IMG/VR virus record: IMGVR_UViG_3300032240_001498
Span: 32,001-96,000 of that record
Length of the DNA: 64,000 bases
DNA from: a virus
Taxonomy: Duplodnaviria; Caudoviricetes
Direction: 5' to 3' (one strand)
Positions 28,901 through 39,600 of the stretch are shown piece after piece. The translations under genes were made by a program, and so were the position numbers. Under the pieces are notes generated by a model. That model was not told where the DNA came from and searched no databases. It was given only the letters and a program-made list of their open reading frames with translations. The first letter of the stretch is position 1; each line of letters begins with the position of its first letter.

Positions 28901-31900
28901 TTGTAAAGCATTACCTGCTTGAGTCGCTGTGTTGAATATACTAGAACTTACAGTACCTGTTGTAATTGTAGCTGTACCAACGTTGATTGTTTTAAATGTT
29001 GAGGAGTTAGCCTGAACACGTAATTCGCCACCGATGTATACGTTGCCGCCAATACCAGCACCACCATTGGTAATCTGGAACGCACCTGTGATAGTACTTG
29101 TGGCCTGTGTAGAACTATTGATAATGATCTGCTTGGTAATGGTTCCGCCATTGAAAGCAAACTGATTGATAGTTGCTGTTGTAATTACAACCCCACCGTT
29201 GACCGTTGCAATCTGGTTGACCATCAACATGTCTGAGTATATACCGCCAGACACTACTAGAGCATTTTGATTAGCAGTTGCAGTTGATTCTAATAAACTT
29301 GGTATAAACTGTTGATAACCAACAATCAATGTGCTACCAATGCCCACTCCACCAGCTACAGTAAATGCCGCTGTTTGTGTATTTGTTGCGTCAGTTGTAT
29401 TTGTGAAAGCAATTTGTTTGCTATCAGTTGCTGTAACAACTGGGCTGCCGTTGACCCATGCATCGGGACCAACAACAGTTAGTTGCCCACCAATCCATGC
29501 ACCACCAACAGTTGTCAACGCATTGTTGATATTTGTTGATGTACTTGTACGACTCGTACCTAAGTATAAGTTTTCACTTGCGGCAATACCACCAGTAACT
29601 TGTAAGCTACCGGTTACTGTATTTGTTGAAGATGTATTGCCAACAATTTTAATAGTATTGAAGAAACCATAGCTCCAAGCGTTAGATCCTGTACCTAATC
29701 CGATACCTTGACCACTTGGATTAATACTTGCGTTTGAGCTCCAGCTACTTACACCATCAAACAACAAGCTGGCTCTTACGGTTCCTGGTTTACCTACTGC
29801 AAGACCAGACCCGCTGGCCAATATAGCAGTTGCGGCGCCAGTGCTAACATAAATGATCTTATCACCAGTCTGGATGCTGTTTGAGTTAACGATAGTTTGA
29901 TTGCCGTCAACATATAGGTCGCCGCCTAGATATAATGATCCGCCAATGTTAACGTCTTTACCAATACCAACACCACCTGCTACTGTTAGCGCACCTGTGT
30001 TTGTGCTCAGTGAGTTTGTAGTGTTAGATAAGTTTAATGTGTTGCCAATCGTACCACCTGAGTACTGATTGATCGTTGCTGTTGTGACAATCAATGCACC
30101 AGCTATAGTTCCAGCCTGCTCTAGGTATAATGTCTGGGCACCTATACCTCCAGATGTTATTTCTACAGCATTGCCAGTGATAGAAGTTAAACTGCTTTGG
30201 GTTGAATATAGATTACGGAATCTTCCAACAGCCTGGGTGATATTATTCCAAACATATAGAGACTGCTGTGTACTAATGCCGCCATAGGCTCTTAACGCAC
30301 CAGTAGACGAACTAATAGCCGCTAGGTTAGTATTTGCCCAAATGGGTCCAAATGCCTGTAACTGGCCATCTATATAAACTTGATTGTTAGTGTAAAGGTT
30401 TATATCCCCGTTACTGTTTCCTATATTGATATCAGCAGGATATGTAGAAACTGCTATAGTTAGTGTACTTGCCGCAGTTATATTGTTTGTGACTGTGTTG
30501 TTGAGATTCAACAGTCCAGCAGTGAGGTTTAGATTATTTCCAACTGTAACATTATTAGTAATCGACAAATCACTATAACCTTGTATAGTGCCGTTAACAA
30601 TTATATTACCTTGTACACCAATACCACCAGTAACTACAAGGCTACCGTTTGTCGGAGTAGTTGATAATACACCTGAGCCAATTGTTGCTGTGTTGGTTAC
30701 ATAGAGTCTGTTGGCTACACGAGCTGACCCGCCTACATACAAGTCGCCTACGATACCTGCTCCGCCTGATACTTGTAGGGCACCAGAGTTAACAGATGTT
30801 GATGTTGATGTGTTTACAATCTGTACAGGATAGTGTAGTGGTGTTTGACCGTCATATACGCCTGCATAGTTTGCCAAGTTACCTGTGGTAATGATTTCAT
30901 TAACGCCAATGTAACTCCTGTCAGTTAGGTAGATACTTCTAGCGCCAATACCACCAGTAACTTGTAGGGCATTACCGCTAATAGTACCTGTGCTGTATAC
31001 TGAGCTGGTTGTTATTACAGAACTGGCATTAACCGTTTTAATGTAAGCTGAGCTCCATTGTAGGGCAACAGTACCAATTCCATAGGTGCTGTCGGTAAAC
31101 GGATTCAATCCGCCTTTACTTACCCAGTTGCCTGCGGCGCCTGCGCCACCATCAAATAATAAACTTGACCAGCGATCATTTTCAATACCGTCATCCTTGC
31201 CAACAACGATACCAGAACCTGCTGACTGTATGGCATTGCCTGTTAAGGTACTTAAGAATATAACTTTGTTGCCAATGTCAACACTGGTGCTGTTGATACT
31301 TGTAACAGTTCCCGCAACCTGTAGGCTTCCACCAATAACAACGGTACCACCAATATAGGCTCCACCGTTTTGAATGTTCAGTGCATAAGTGGCTGTACTG
31401 GTGATCTGCAATGGACTTGTAACTGCTTGTCCACCAACAAAACTACCAATTGTGCTTGATGTAACAATCTGCGCACCTGCAATAAAGCCATCTGTGCTTA
31501 GATATAGGTGTGCGGCTCCAATGCCGCCAGTGACCTGTAGAGCATTGCCGGCTATAGTTGAAGTACTATAGCTGACATTGCTCATTGTTATAATTTGTGA
31601 AGTAGAACTTCCACGAGCAAGTACAGTATCTAATGTATCTGTATTAGAGATTGTCACTGTGCCAGTATTGGCAGATACAAAAATTCCAGATCCAGCGGTT
31701 ACTGTTTGAACACCTAAGTTAACAATATTGATTGTTGCAGTTGTACCGCTCTTGGTTACGCTTGCACCGATGTAAGCATCAGTAGTTGCAGTAACGTTTG
31801 TTAGAACACTTCCGCCGCCTAGTAAGTTTAAAGAACCGCCAACTGTTAGATTGCCACCAATACCAACGCCGCCGTCAACAACTAGAGCACCTGTATTTGT

Positions 31901-34900
31901 ACTTGTGCTCTGTGCAAGACTTGTGATTCGGAGTGCATTTGGAACAAATCCACCTAGGCTAGAACCAATTGTTGCTGTTGTAACAATTTCGCTACCTGCT
32001 GAATAACCTTTACCAGTTAGGTATAATGTGTTTGCGCCAATGCCACCGTTAGGAACACTAACAGCATTGTTTAATATAGAACTTGTTGAACCGGCTGCGC
32101 TGTAAGTAGTAATTGTGCTACCAGCTCGTACCTGTAAGCCAACTCCCAAGCCACCGCCGACTGTTAGGGCACCTGTATTTGTGCTTGTTGAATCAGTTAG
32201 TGCTGGAACAGCAAATGATCCGCTGATTGTTAGGCCGCCGACTACTGTTGCACTACTATTAATTGTTGTAATGCCGCTTGACGGAGTAATAGAAATTCCA
32301 CCACTTAGCGCAGATAAACTATTGCCTGAAAGACTTAGATTACCAACTGTAATGCTGGTCGGCAATATAGTAGCGTAGTGGCTTCCATCTGTAATTTGTA
32401 ATTGATTTAAACTAGATAAGTTAACATTAGCGTTACCAAAACTTACGTTACCTGTTTGCTCATTGATTAAGAAGCTGTTACCTACACGGAAGTTTCCGCC
32501 TTGATCAACAGTCTGGAAGTAGACAAGACCACCATTGGTTTGAATAACTTCGTTTGCTTGAACAACAAGACTTGTGTCGTTTGAAAAGTCTTTGCCTGCA
32601 CCAATATGACTCATATTGTAGGCAATTAATTTTAAGTCTGTACCAGTACCGTTGGCGATAACACCTTGAGTACCGTAAACTGATGCAGATCCAATGCAAC
32701 GTAATTCTGCGCCAAACTGATGATAGTCAGCTAGAGCAATACGTGTCGCACTTGCGGCTGCGTTTGAATATACGTTTTGTGTTCCGTTGGCAGAGTCAAC
32801 AAAAGTAGTTGAAAGATTTCCGCCATCAAAGTTCAACATTAAGATTGTTGCAACATCAGATGTTAATGCAGAAGTTGGAAGTGTATACGTGCCTCCGGTA
32901 TATCTTGCAACGTTACTTAAACGGAAATCATCTATATAACCGTCAATACTATCAGATGCAGTAGAAGATTGACCTCCAATACTAAATGGGTCAACGTTAT
33001 TAACGTTATCTGACACTCCGGTTGTGTATGCATCAAGTGTACCGTTTAAGTATACTCTAAATGTGCCTAGGCTTGCGTTTCTAACAACAGCAACATGGTA
33101 CCACACACCAGTAGTTAGAGCAGTAATACCTGTAATTTGACTATTACCGTGACCTGCTTGTAATACGTTACCAGTAGTAACACGCAATCTCATATTTGAT
33201 GCAGTTGTTAATCCTTTGTAGTAGACACGATGTATTTTGCCTAATGAATTCAAATAAACCCATGCTTCGACTGTATAGCTACCTAGGCTACCAAATTGGA
33301 AATCGCTGTCGCTGAGTACTTCTAAGTAGTCACCGTTGCCATCACCTAGATATGAGCTGGTTCCAAATTTCTTTTGAACTGTACTTTGTTTAGCATCTCC
33401 ATAGGCAGTAATTGTCTTGCCAGCGCGATCTGTAATTGTTTCAAAGCCCCAAACTGGTCCTGCTAGGTATACGTATGTACCGTCAACGCTGGCGATAGTA
33501 CCTTGTGCTTTTATGTTGCCGCTTGGATCTTTATAGGTAAGTATGTCACCTGCACCAAATGTGCCAGTTACGCCAGAAAGTTTTAATCTTGTCTTACCAG
33601 CTCCTGCAAAACCTGTTGCGCCTGCTTCAGCTTGAATTGACTTGCTGGCAAAGTATGTAAAGCCGTTCAATAATTCTGCACGGGCGCCGTTGGTCATATA
33701 GATACCGGTGGCATTAGGAACAATAAATGTTGCTTCGTTGAATAATAGTGCTGGTTCTAAACTTGTTGCATCTAGTACTGCGGCATCTAAGTATGCACCG
33801 TTACCTGCATCGCCTTGATTAAATCCAAACGGATCGCTGGCACTGGTTACTGAGCCGCGTGTAATTACAGAGAAACGTTCAACATATGGACTCTTAGAAG
33901 TAATCTTTGCGCCAGGAGCAAACTTTAATGCATAACCTGGTTTGTAGAATCCAGTGACTGTAAAGTCAGTGATTGTTGTTTCACCGTTTAATAAAATTGC
34001 GTCTTGTGTGTTTGTTCCGCTGGTAGGCTGAACAATAGTTGCACGTAGACCTGCACCCTTAACTGTAACACCTGCTGGAATAGTTAAAGGAAATATTTCA
34101 ATATAGGTACCTGGCTCGATATAAACAGTTTGTCCAGCTGTAGCAACTGTTAACGCTTTCTTAATTGTTTTGAAAGCTGACGCTGTTCTGCGGCCGTCAT
34201 TAGCGTCATTACCTACATCAGAAACATACCAAATGTCTGTATCATAATGTAGAATATCAATACCGTTGATATTAACTGTGCCTGTGCCAACGCTGATTAG
34301 ATCTAAGCCTAGTGTTAGCGCAGAAACTGTGTTGACATAGATTGTGCTACTGAATAAAGCGTTGCCCGAAACACTTAGGGCTGTTCCTGTTGAGTTAAGG
34401 AATGATCCTAGACCACCAACGTTTAATGTAGTTGCAAGTCCAACACCGCCGGCTACTCGTAATGCGCCAGATGTAGATCCTGTTGATGTTTGTGTGCTGG
34501 CAATGTACAATGAGTTATTGATTGTACCACCAGAGAAACTGTTAATTGTTGATGAAGTAACAATTTGTGCTCCGTTGATATAACCAGAATCTGTAATTAA
34601 TATGGTCTTAGCACTGATACCACCTAGCACTTGTAGGGCATTTGTTGCGGTATCTGTTGTGCTGGTTGTTTGATTTAAAACTTTGACAATGTTGGTAGTT
34701 GAGCTACCGCGATCTGTCACAGTCTGTAGTGTTGATAAATTGCTTAGAACAATATCACCAGTGTAATATGATTGGCCGTTCCATGTGACATTTAGGTCAC
34801 CTTGTACGCTAACTGTTAGTACCCCTCTGTTATAGATATTTGGAACACCAACGATCATACCATTGGTTGCTGTGAAGCCGCCTGTTCCTGCGATACCGAT

Positions 34901-36598
34901 ACCTGCACCGGGTAACAATCCAACGATACCTGTGTTGGTTAAATTAACTGTTACATACGAGCCTGTTACCACAGATGACACAACTGCAATACCAGATCCA
35001 GGGTTGTTCAATGATACTAGAGTAGATGTAACGTTTACATTAGTAACTACACGATTGCCAGCATCATAGACTGCTTGAGCATTTAAATTGCCACGAGTAG
35101 CAATACCACCAACCACAGTCAACGCACCAGAAGTTGTACTGGTGCTGGCAGTTGGGCTTGTTAAAATAATTTGGCCAGTTTTAAATGTTCCCCATTCGCC
35201 TGTAAAAGGATTAGGTACATTTTCGTTACCGCCAGGAAGTATGTCTGTTAGATAAACTAAAGCACCGGTGCTTGCCTGACGACCTAAGAAAGCATGATTA
35301 TCAAAGGTAGTATTTGAACCAGTGTTATAGTGTAGTAGAATACCTCTATCTAGGCCGTCATTGATTGCCAATGCCCTATTATTGTATCCAGAGCCTAGAT
35401 CAATAACAGGATCAGTGAATACAGTTTGAGTTGAGTTGATGGTAACAGTGGTATAGCTACCAAGAACTGTAATACCGCCTTGAACAAATAAGCTACCGCC
35501 AATGTTTACGTTTTCACCAACACCTACACCACCATCGACCACTAGAGCACCAGTTGTTGTGCTTATTGAGCTTGTGGTATTTTGAATACGTAGAGTGTTG
35601 GTAATGATACCGCCAACGTATCTATTGATGTTGCTGGTAGTAACAACGATCGCACCACCGATATAACTGGTATTAGCCACCGTTAGCTGTGTAGCGCCAA
35701 TACTACCTAATACGTTTAACGCATTGTTTAGAGTAGGGTCATTGCTGATAGCACCATTGTTAATATTAATGGTCTGGTCAGTTGAATTACCACGCAACAA
35801 TAATGATTGTAAGGTACTGTTATCACTGATTGTAACTGTACCGGTGTTAACGTCAACTGTAATATCTTGACCGGCCTGAATATATGTAACACCAATGTTG
35901 CTAACTGTGACGTTACCGTTAGGAGTATCTACGTTGATACCTGTTCCGCCTATGACTGACAGAACACCAGTATTGGTTGTTATGATTGTTGCTGTGTAAC
36001 CGTTAAAGGTTACTTTAGAAGCAATACCAGGTCCTGGGCTTGCTACTAGATTTGTTAATAGATGTTGTCCGTTACCATATGCATCACCAAACAGGTACGT
36101 TGTTCCTGTGATCTGTGCGTAGCCGCCAACGTTTAAGTTACCACCAATACCAATACCGCCAGGACTTGTTAGTGCTCCTGAGTATGTGCTTGTAGATTGG
36201 GTTGTGGTGTTGATGATTAAAGGATCGGAAATAATACCGCCTTTGAAACCATCAGCTTGGGTTAAGATCTGCGAGCCTTTGATTAAACCAATGCCCGAAA
36301 TATTAATATTTGCCGCATATATACCGCCAGCAACCTGCAGAGCATTGCCGTTTGGCGTTACTGTTGCTGTGTTAACTGCTGTGGAAAGTATCTTTGTGAT
36401 GCTACCGATCTGTACATTTGTATCAAATGTAGCAGAACTAATGGCGTGTAGTTCACCGCCTATGTAGGCATTTTGACCTATACCTAGGCCGCCGGGCGTT
36501 ACAATAGCGCCGGTTTGAGTGCTTGTTGATTGATATGTTGAACTTGCGGCACGAACCACAAGGCCATTTTTGACTATGAAATCGTCATTAGTAGCCAT
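22985..36598 (-). CDS. Giant 4537-aa tail fibre/adhesin
   Basis: Dozens of (T/S)GAL.V.GG.G(I/V) repeats. It also has a beta-helix-like region starting WYVSDVGNDANDG (~34230), a LamG insert (~33400-32800), NTxIGY repeats (~24960-24640), a CBM-like domain (~24140-23600) and the C-terminal AKSFLIDHP...LEGPE.GVY.RG domain. Confidence 0.85.
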   Translation of the reverse strand: MATNDDFIVKNGLVVRAASSTYQSTSTQTGAIVTPGGLGIGQNAYIGGELHAISSATFDTNVQIGSITKILSTAVNTATVTPNGNALQVAGGIYAANINISGIGLIKGSQILTQADGFKGGIISDPLIINTTTQSTSTYSGALTSPGGIGIGGNLNVGGYAQITGTTYLFGDAYGNGQHLLTNLVASPGPGIASKVTFNGYTATIITTNTGVLSVIGGTGINVDTPNGNVTVSNIGVTYIQAGQDITVDVNTGTVTISDNSTLQSLLLRGNSTDQTININNGAISNDPTLNNALNVLGSIGATQLTVANTSYIGGAIVVTTSNINRYVGGIITNTLRIQNTTSSISTTTGALVVDGGVGVGENVNIGGSLFVQGGITVLGSYTTVTINSTQTVFTDPVIDLGSGYNNRALAINDGLDRGILLHYNTGSNTTFDNHAFLGRQASTGALVYLTDILPGGNENVPNPFTGEWGTFKTGQIILTSPTASTSTTSGALTVVGGIATRGNLNAQAVYDAGNRVVTNVNVTSTLVSLNNPGSGIAVVSSVVTGSYVTVNLTNTGIVGLLPGAGIGIAGTGGFTATNGMIVGVPNIYNRGVLTVSVQGDLNVTWNGQSYYTGDIVLSNLSTLQTVTDRGSSTTNIVKVLNQTTSTTDTATNALQVLGGISAKTILITDSGYINGAQIVTSSTINSFSGGTINNSLYIASTQTSTGSTSGALRVAGGVGLATTLNVGGLGSFLNSTGTALSVSGNALFSSTIYVNTVSALTLGLDLISVGTGTVNINGIDILHYDTDIWYVSDVGNDANDGRRTASAFKTIKKALTVATAGQTVYIEPGTYIEIFPLTIPAGVTVKGAGLRATIVQPTSGTNTQDAILLNGETTITDFTVTGFYKPGYALKFAPGAKITSKSPYVERFSVITRGSVTSASDPFGFNQGDAGNGAYLDAAVLDATSLEPALLFNEATFIVPNATGIYMTNGARAELLNGFTYFASKSIQAEAGATGFAGAGKTRLKLSGVTGTFGAGDILTYKDPSGNIKAQGTIASVDGTYVYLAGPVWGFETITDRAGKTITAYGDAKQSTVQKKFGTSSYLGDGNGDYLEVLSDSDFQFGSLGSYTVEAWVYLNSLGKIHRVYYKGLTTASNMRLRVTTGNVLQAGHGNSQITGITALTTGVWYHVAVVRNASLGTFRVYLNGTLDAYTTGVSDNVNNVDPFSIGGQSSTASDSIDGYIDDFRLSNVARYTGGTYTLPTSALTSDVATILMLNFDGGNLSTTFVDSANGTQNVYSNAAASATRIALADYHQFGAELRCIGSASVYGTQGVIANGTGTDLKLIAYNMSHIGAGKDFSNDTSLVVQANEVIQTNGGLVYFQTVDQGGNFRVGNSFLINEQTGNVSFGNANVNLSSLNQLQITDGSHYATILPTSITVGNLSLSGNSLSALSGGISITPSSGITTINSSATVVGGLTISGSFAVPALTDSTSTNTGALTVGGGLGVGLQVRAGSTITTYSAAGSTSSILNNAVSVPNGGIGANTLYLTGKGYSAGSEIVTTATIGSSLGGFVPNALRITSLAQSTSTNTGALVVDGGVGIGGNLTVGGSLNLLGGGSVLTNVTATTDAYIGASVTKSGTTATINIVNLGVQTVTAGSGIFVSANTGTVTISNTDTLDTVLARGSSTSQIITMSNVSYSTSTIAGNALQVTGGIGAAHLYLSTDGFIAGAQIVTSSTIGSFVGGQAVTSPLQITSTATYALNIQNGGAYIGGTVVIGGSLQVAGTVTSINSTSVDIGNKVIFLSTLTGNAIQSAGSGIVVGKDDGIENDRWSSLLFDGGAGAAGNWVSKGGLNPFTDSTYGIGTVALQWSSAYIKTVNASSVITTSSVYSTGTISGNALQVTGGIGARSIYLTDRSYIGVNEIITTGNLANYAGVYDGQTPLHYPVQIVNTSTSTSVNSGALQVSGGAGIVGDLYVGGSARVANRLYVTNTATIGSGVLSTTPTNGSLVVTGGIGVQGNIIVNGTIQGYSDLSITNNVTVGNNLNLTAGLLNLNNTVTNNITAASTLTIAVSTYPADINIGNSNGDINLYTNNQVYIDGQLQAFGPIWANTNLAAISSSTGALRAYGGISTQQSLYVWNNITQAVGRFRNLYSTQSSLTSITGNAVEITSGGIGAQTLYLEQAGTIAGALIVTTATINQYSGGTIGNTLNLSNTTNSLSTNTGALTVAGGVGIGKDVNIGGSLYLGGDLYVDGNQTIVNSNSIQTGDKIIYVSTGAATAILASGSGLAVGKPGTVRASLLFDGVSSWSSNASINPSGQGIGLGTGSNAWSYGFFNTIKIVGNTSSTNTVTGSLQVTGGIAASENLYLGTSRTSTSTNINNALTTVGGAWIGGQLTVVGPDAWVNGSPVVTATDSKQIAFTNTTDATNTQTAAFTVAGGVGIGSTLIVGYQQFIPSLLESTATANQNALVVSGGIYSDMLMVNQIATVNGGVVITTATINQFAFNGGTITKQIIINSSTQATSTITGAFQITNGGAGIGGNVYIGGELRVQANSSTFKTINVGTATITTGTVSSSIFNTATQAGNALQVVGGGSFGYLRVQNQAWVGGYPVITAQNINSYSGGTINNPLVINNGTQATSTTTGALQVTNGGLGVGGNIWSGGYYEFVDPFNISPTYDGYFGINTTLNAVNIGSNNTAIPLAFIQNKIEIGRITTYNPNGSALGAVLGVGQATPQYGIHLAGSSAGTWSWIQTANTMSNLVSFNNTLHSSLFGGDTSKVAMAAFSSDNGATFEHWIASGGTSSGSQVPLVFAGGAWDNNLGTNTTVEWARFTATGNFAAKNNIITTAAGFSTATIASNAMQVSGGGWFGNLNVTGAAWVGNSKVITAANIGSYSFNGGTITTALYVNTTTQAINNSSGAIRTAGGISAVGNIYAGTNFYGNLIATNVTATTINSAGSPLSIGGALTVSTATDQTGAGTGALAVSGGASITKSLYVGSNLSSTSTVGGNAVQVVGGIGAQTLYLTDSGWIGNAQIVTSANINSFSGGTINNALTLANTADATSTQTGALVVTGGVGIGKNLWVGGNANVLGSMYLTGDLYVDGIQTIIDSTRIQSGDKAIYLSTASGNAALAINSGLYIGNTTAPYASMLFDGINAWVSQGNIIPSTSGGWNLGNNTTPWNTLYSLTARFSGAVESTTTQTGSLQVVGGAGVGKSLTVGNTATVQSTLYNLSSATGNAIYTPGGIGGKYLSIDTNGYINGSPIVTVANIGAYAYNGGYVANAIIVNSTTNATSALNTGSLVTYGGMAVTKDSYHGGLVAIASALSSTSTIAGNALQVTGGIGANTLYIATAGYIGTSPIITAANINSFSGGTINAALTINNATQSISTTTGALIVQNGGFGLGGNIYTGGYAAIGVNYGQAGTLGNTATGSLQVFGGAGINGNLTVASQGYFGGNVGINTALPGQALEVNGNIVAGSYNSSRVQITNAGGSQAIYEIKLTEASPRWQIGRDLFSTDISGIAFMNANQTFAAGGAGVGSISGSNGYLGFYTTNGTNQTLRGVIDGGAQGGNLGLGVSSNLQGKIHINGASASGYGIYATGNNDHILRSGASGSYVDLMITRTGVGSNSDFRIGVAGAASNFIATAAAGDAVVTYGSNLIFANAANYEMARFGNGAFTIATATQAISTQSGSIVTYGGAGIGGNLFVGGTANITGTTYISSAIASTSTIAGNALQVTGGIGAQSIYLTNNSWINGYQIVTTQNVGSFTGAFNGGTITNPLFIQNATNAAGTGSGALYTTGGIGITQDLYVGGQTTHVGITNLSGIVTVINATQATSTTTAAVKITNGGLGVGGNIWAGGNINFNTAVNKIRWQTTQIAVGDDGGAGAGSIFFNSNNAGYPSSTSSVQSVVIGAYAGPALSGAQTTLVGNNAGYTLTSGAGNTLIGYNAGNLIAAGTYNTYVGNNAGAGNNSTLSAGVGVGYQALQVATGNQNVALGYQAGKAITSGAYNVVIGGIDGSTIATSSNNILLADGQGNLRASWDSAGIQTHPGQIKVTNVTSATSTITGAVIISGGLGVAGDIYARNIYANGALVGTGGSGGSGGSSTSTPYIAVTSATVSISTLTGAEIVTGGVGIGKDLFVGGPVSIGLNTFLNSGANLQLSGNQISSGANVAQGLYAQGGNLLVYSNDWSVGNWSKLNTTYQAGSTYSPDGTLNATKLVETSANGNHYFQQTISQTGPITVSVFMQSADRTYGAVNITIAGQAHSAWFNLSTGAVANTAGALYPVQARCEFVPYVGTGNWYRCSLTVWAPTSATATAFGIYTAIGAGTVINDSLTSYTGTAGFGIYIFGAQAEPGYIAGYYTSTTSAAVASTTNNLYSGGSLYVANTATVAGSAVITAATLMSSINGSMSVGNTLRITNTTNATATATGALIVDGGVGIAGNVYIGGTLYATAKSFLIDHPTKPGQKLQYGSLEGPENGVYVRGRCTNGVIELPDYWTALVDEGSITIDITPIGAHQKLYVDRIENNKVYIGNENIMSKKINCFYTVWAERKDIGKLDVEGGK

Positions 36599-36670
36599 TA
36601 GTTTCCCTCTCCACGTCTGGCAAAAATTTGCTTATACGCTTATTTACCAAAGAGAGAGAAACTAGAGGTT

Positions 36671-39600
36671 TTATCTGCTGAGCGTGGTTCTATGTACTTT
36701 TACAACCATTGATGTTGGGGTGTAGTTTGGTTGCCATGTTAGCTGAACATTTAGCCCGCTAATCACAGCATCAAACGTGCCCAGATCACCATAATTGCTG
36801 GCCATACCGTATTCTGATATGTACACTCCACCAATACTATCATGGTATACAATTAACTCAGTAACATACATCTTGTTAGCAAGTCCAATCGCAGTATTAT
36901 CCACTACCTGTATGAAGTATTTGGCAGACTGATAGCTGGCAACTGCAAAAGTGTCAAGATTGATCTTGTTACTTGTTGATAGTGCAGGGCTGGTGAATGT
37001 GAATATTTCACTATTACCGATATTAGCAGTAGTACCAATAACGTTTAGGGTATTTTGAACATACAGATCACCACCAATACCTACGCCACCAACAACTTGT
37101 AGCGCACCACTTTGTGTGCTGTTGGCTACTGAACTGTCATTTAACTTAGTCTTACCGCTGTTGATCTGCAATGCCCAAGAATTATTAAGTGTAGTATTTC
37201 CATTTCCGGCAACAGGAGCACTAGAAATATACACAGATGCCGCATTGGTATAACTTACAGTTCCGCCAGTAGCACTGATCGTAGAACCATGGAAGTGTGA
37301 TATTGCTGTTTGCGCCACTGTGCCGTTAGATCCAGCGTCTGTGTAAGTTGCATTGGCAATATCAAGTGCAAATCCTTGAGTTCCTATTGACGATTTAGTA
37401 ATATTTCCTGAACGATATATGGTTCCTGTTGAAGTAACATCACCACCGTTTATTGAGTTACGAGCAAATATGTCACCTGTTAATCCCAGTCCGCCCTGTA
37501 GTGTCAATGCACCAGTAATTGTACTTGTGCTGGTTGCTGTACCGTAGACGTTGGTTGCAGGAAGTTGTAGAACACTATTAACAGATGTTAATGTCAATCC
37601 GCCCATGTCAATGGTTGCAGAATTAATATATAGTGTACCCCAACGCTGTGTTGGACTACCTAGGTTATAATATCCACCCGGTTGAGGTAGTATTGAACCC
37701 ATTGTTGATGTGCTTAATACTGTTAGAGTATTTGCAACTGTAGCACTTCCGCCAACATATATATTCTTAGCAAGACCAACGCCACCGTCTACAATCAACG
37801 CACCTGTTGTTGTGCTTGTTGACTGTGTTGTAGAAAGAATATGCTCGCCAACAATATCAAATGTAGTTGTAGTTGTTCCGTTAATTGCAACATAAACCTT
37901 GTGTTCATTTGCGTTATCGACCACAGTAACGTTTGTGTTGTTGATAAAGATAGCTGGAGGATTTAATCCTAGATAACCACCGATCGCATAAATTTGTCCA
38001 CCGGCATACAGGTTTTGACCAACTGCAACACCGCCAGTAACTGCCAATGCTCCGCTGGCAGTATTAGACGTCGGAGTTGTGCTGTCAATGATTATATCGT
38101 GAGTTGTAATATTACCACGACCAGTAACTGACTGTAATGTACTGCTGTCCCAAATTGTAATATCACCTGACGATGCTGTTACTGTGGTATCTGTACCTGC
38201 TGTTAGGCTTGTTACACCTGAGTTCAATAAGAACACAGATCCAGTACTTGTTGTAACTGTAATACCGCCGCCGATAGTACCAATACTCTGTACACCTACG
38301 TTGGTAATGATGATCGAACCAGTGCTTTGATTTACGCTTATACCAGAACCTGCTGTTGCGGCTGTTACACCGATGTTGGTTAGTACTACAGAACCAGTTG
38401 ATGTACTGGCTTTTAAGCCTAGACCGTTAATTGATATTGATAATACGCCAGTGTTGGTAATTGTTGTTACACCACTTGTACCAGTATTTGCAAGACTAAT
38501 ACCAGGACCTGCATCTAGGTTCAAGATACCTGTGTTGGTCATTGTGATAGTTACGCCACCGCTTGATGTTGTAACAGCTCCAACTAGGCCAGGACCAGTT
38601 ACTAAATGTATATCAGTTGTGATTGCTTTTCCGTCAACTAGGACTGATTTGGCATTAAGAGCTCCGCCAATCCAAACATCACCGCCAATGCCTGCACCAC
38701 CGTCGTGTACAATCAAGGCACCAGTTAAGGTATTCGTAGCACTTGTACCGTTGGTTACAATAACAGGATTGAAAACTTCTCCACCGTTATAAGCTGTTGC
38801 AGTTGTAAGTACAAATCCACGTACGATAACGTTTCCGCCAACATACAAATCTTTGCTAACTGACTGTCCGCCATCAACAATAACTGCTCCAGTTGCGGTA
38901 GCGTTCGCATTTAAGCGGCTTCCAAATCTTGTCTGACCAGCTAGGTAGCTTGCACCACCAATGCCAATGCCGCCTGCAACTTGTAGGTCACCGGTTGTTG
39001 GACTTGTACTTGCAATACCACCTAATAAAGACAAGTCGCTGAATACTGCGCCGGCTACTGTTCCTGTATAGGTATAAGGATTAGGTACGTTTTCATTGCC
39101 ACCTGGATAGATATTTGTTTTATAAGTTAGTTTTCCGCTAACTGCATCGCGTCCTAAGAACGCATGATTATCATAAGCAGTTGTTGAACTTGTATTGTAA
39201 TGGATCAGTAATCCACGATCTTTTCCATCATTGGTCTGTAATGGGGTATTGTTTGGTCCTGTACCAATATCTATAACAGGATCTTCGATACTTAACTGTT
39301 GACTGTTTACAAATGTTGAAGTACCATTTACAGTTAAACTGCCTGTGATTAATGTATCACCTGCTTGTAATGATGTGAATGTTGCATTACCGCCGCTGAT
39401 ACTTGCACCGCCAATATTCAAGGTTCCAGTAACTGCAACAGTTCCAGAGAATACAGCATCTCCGCCAACAACTAGACCAGTTTGAGTATTAGTTAAACGG
39501 ATAGTACTGGTTGTTGTTGCACCTCTGCTGGTTACAGAAGCTAATGTAGCGGTGCTGTAAACTGTAATGTTGCCAGTAGTGAATGATACTGCTGTGTCAG

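Noticed and set aside
36645-36672. AG-rich stretch after the 2295-aa gene as a terminator
   Set aside because: It has no stable stem. A late promoter core follows directly instead.
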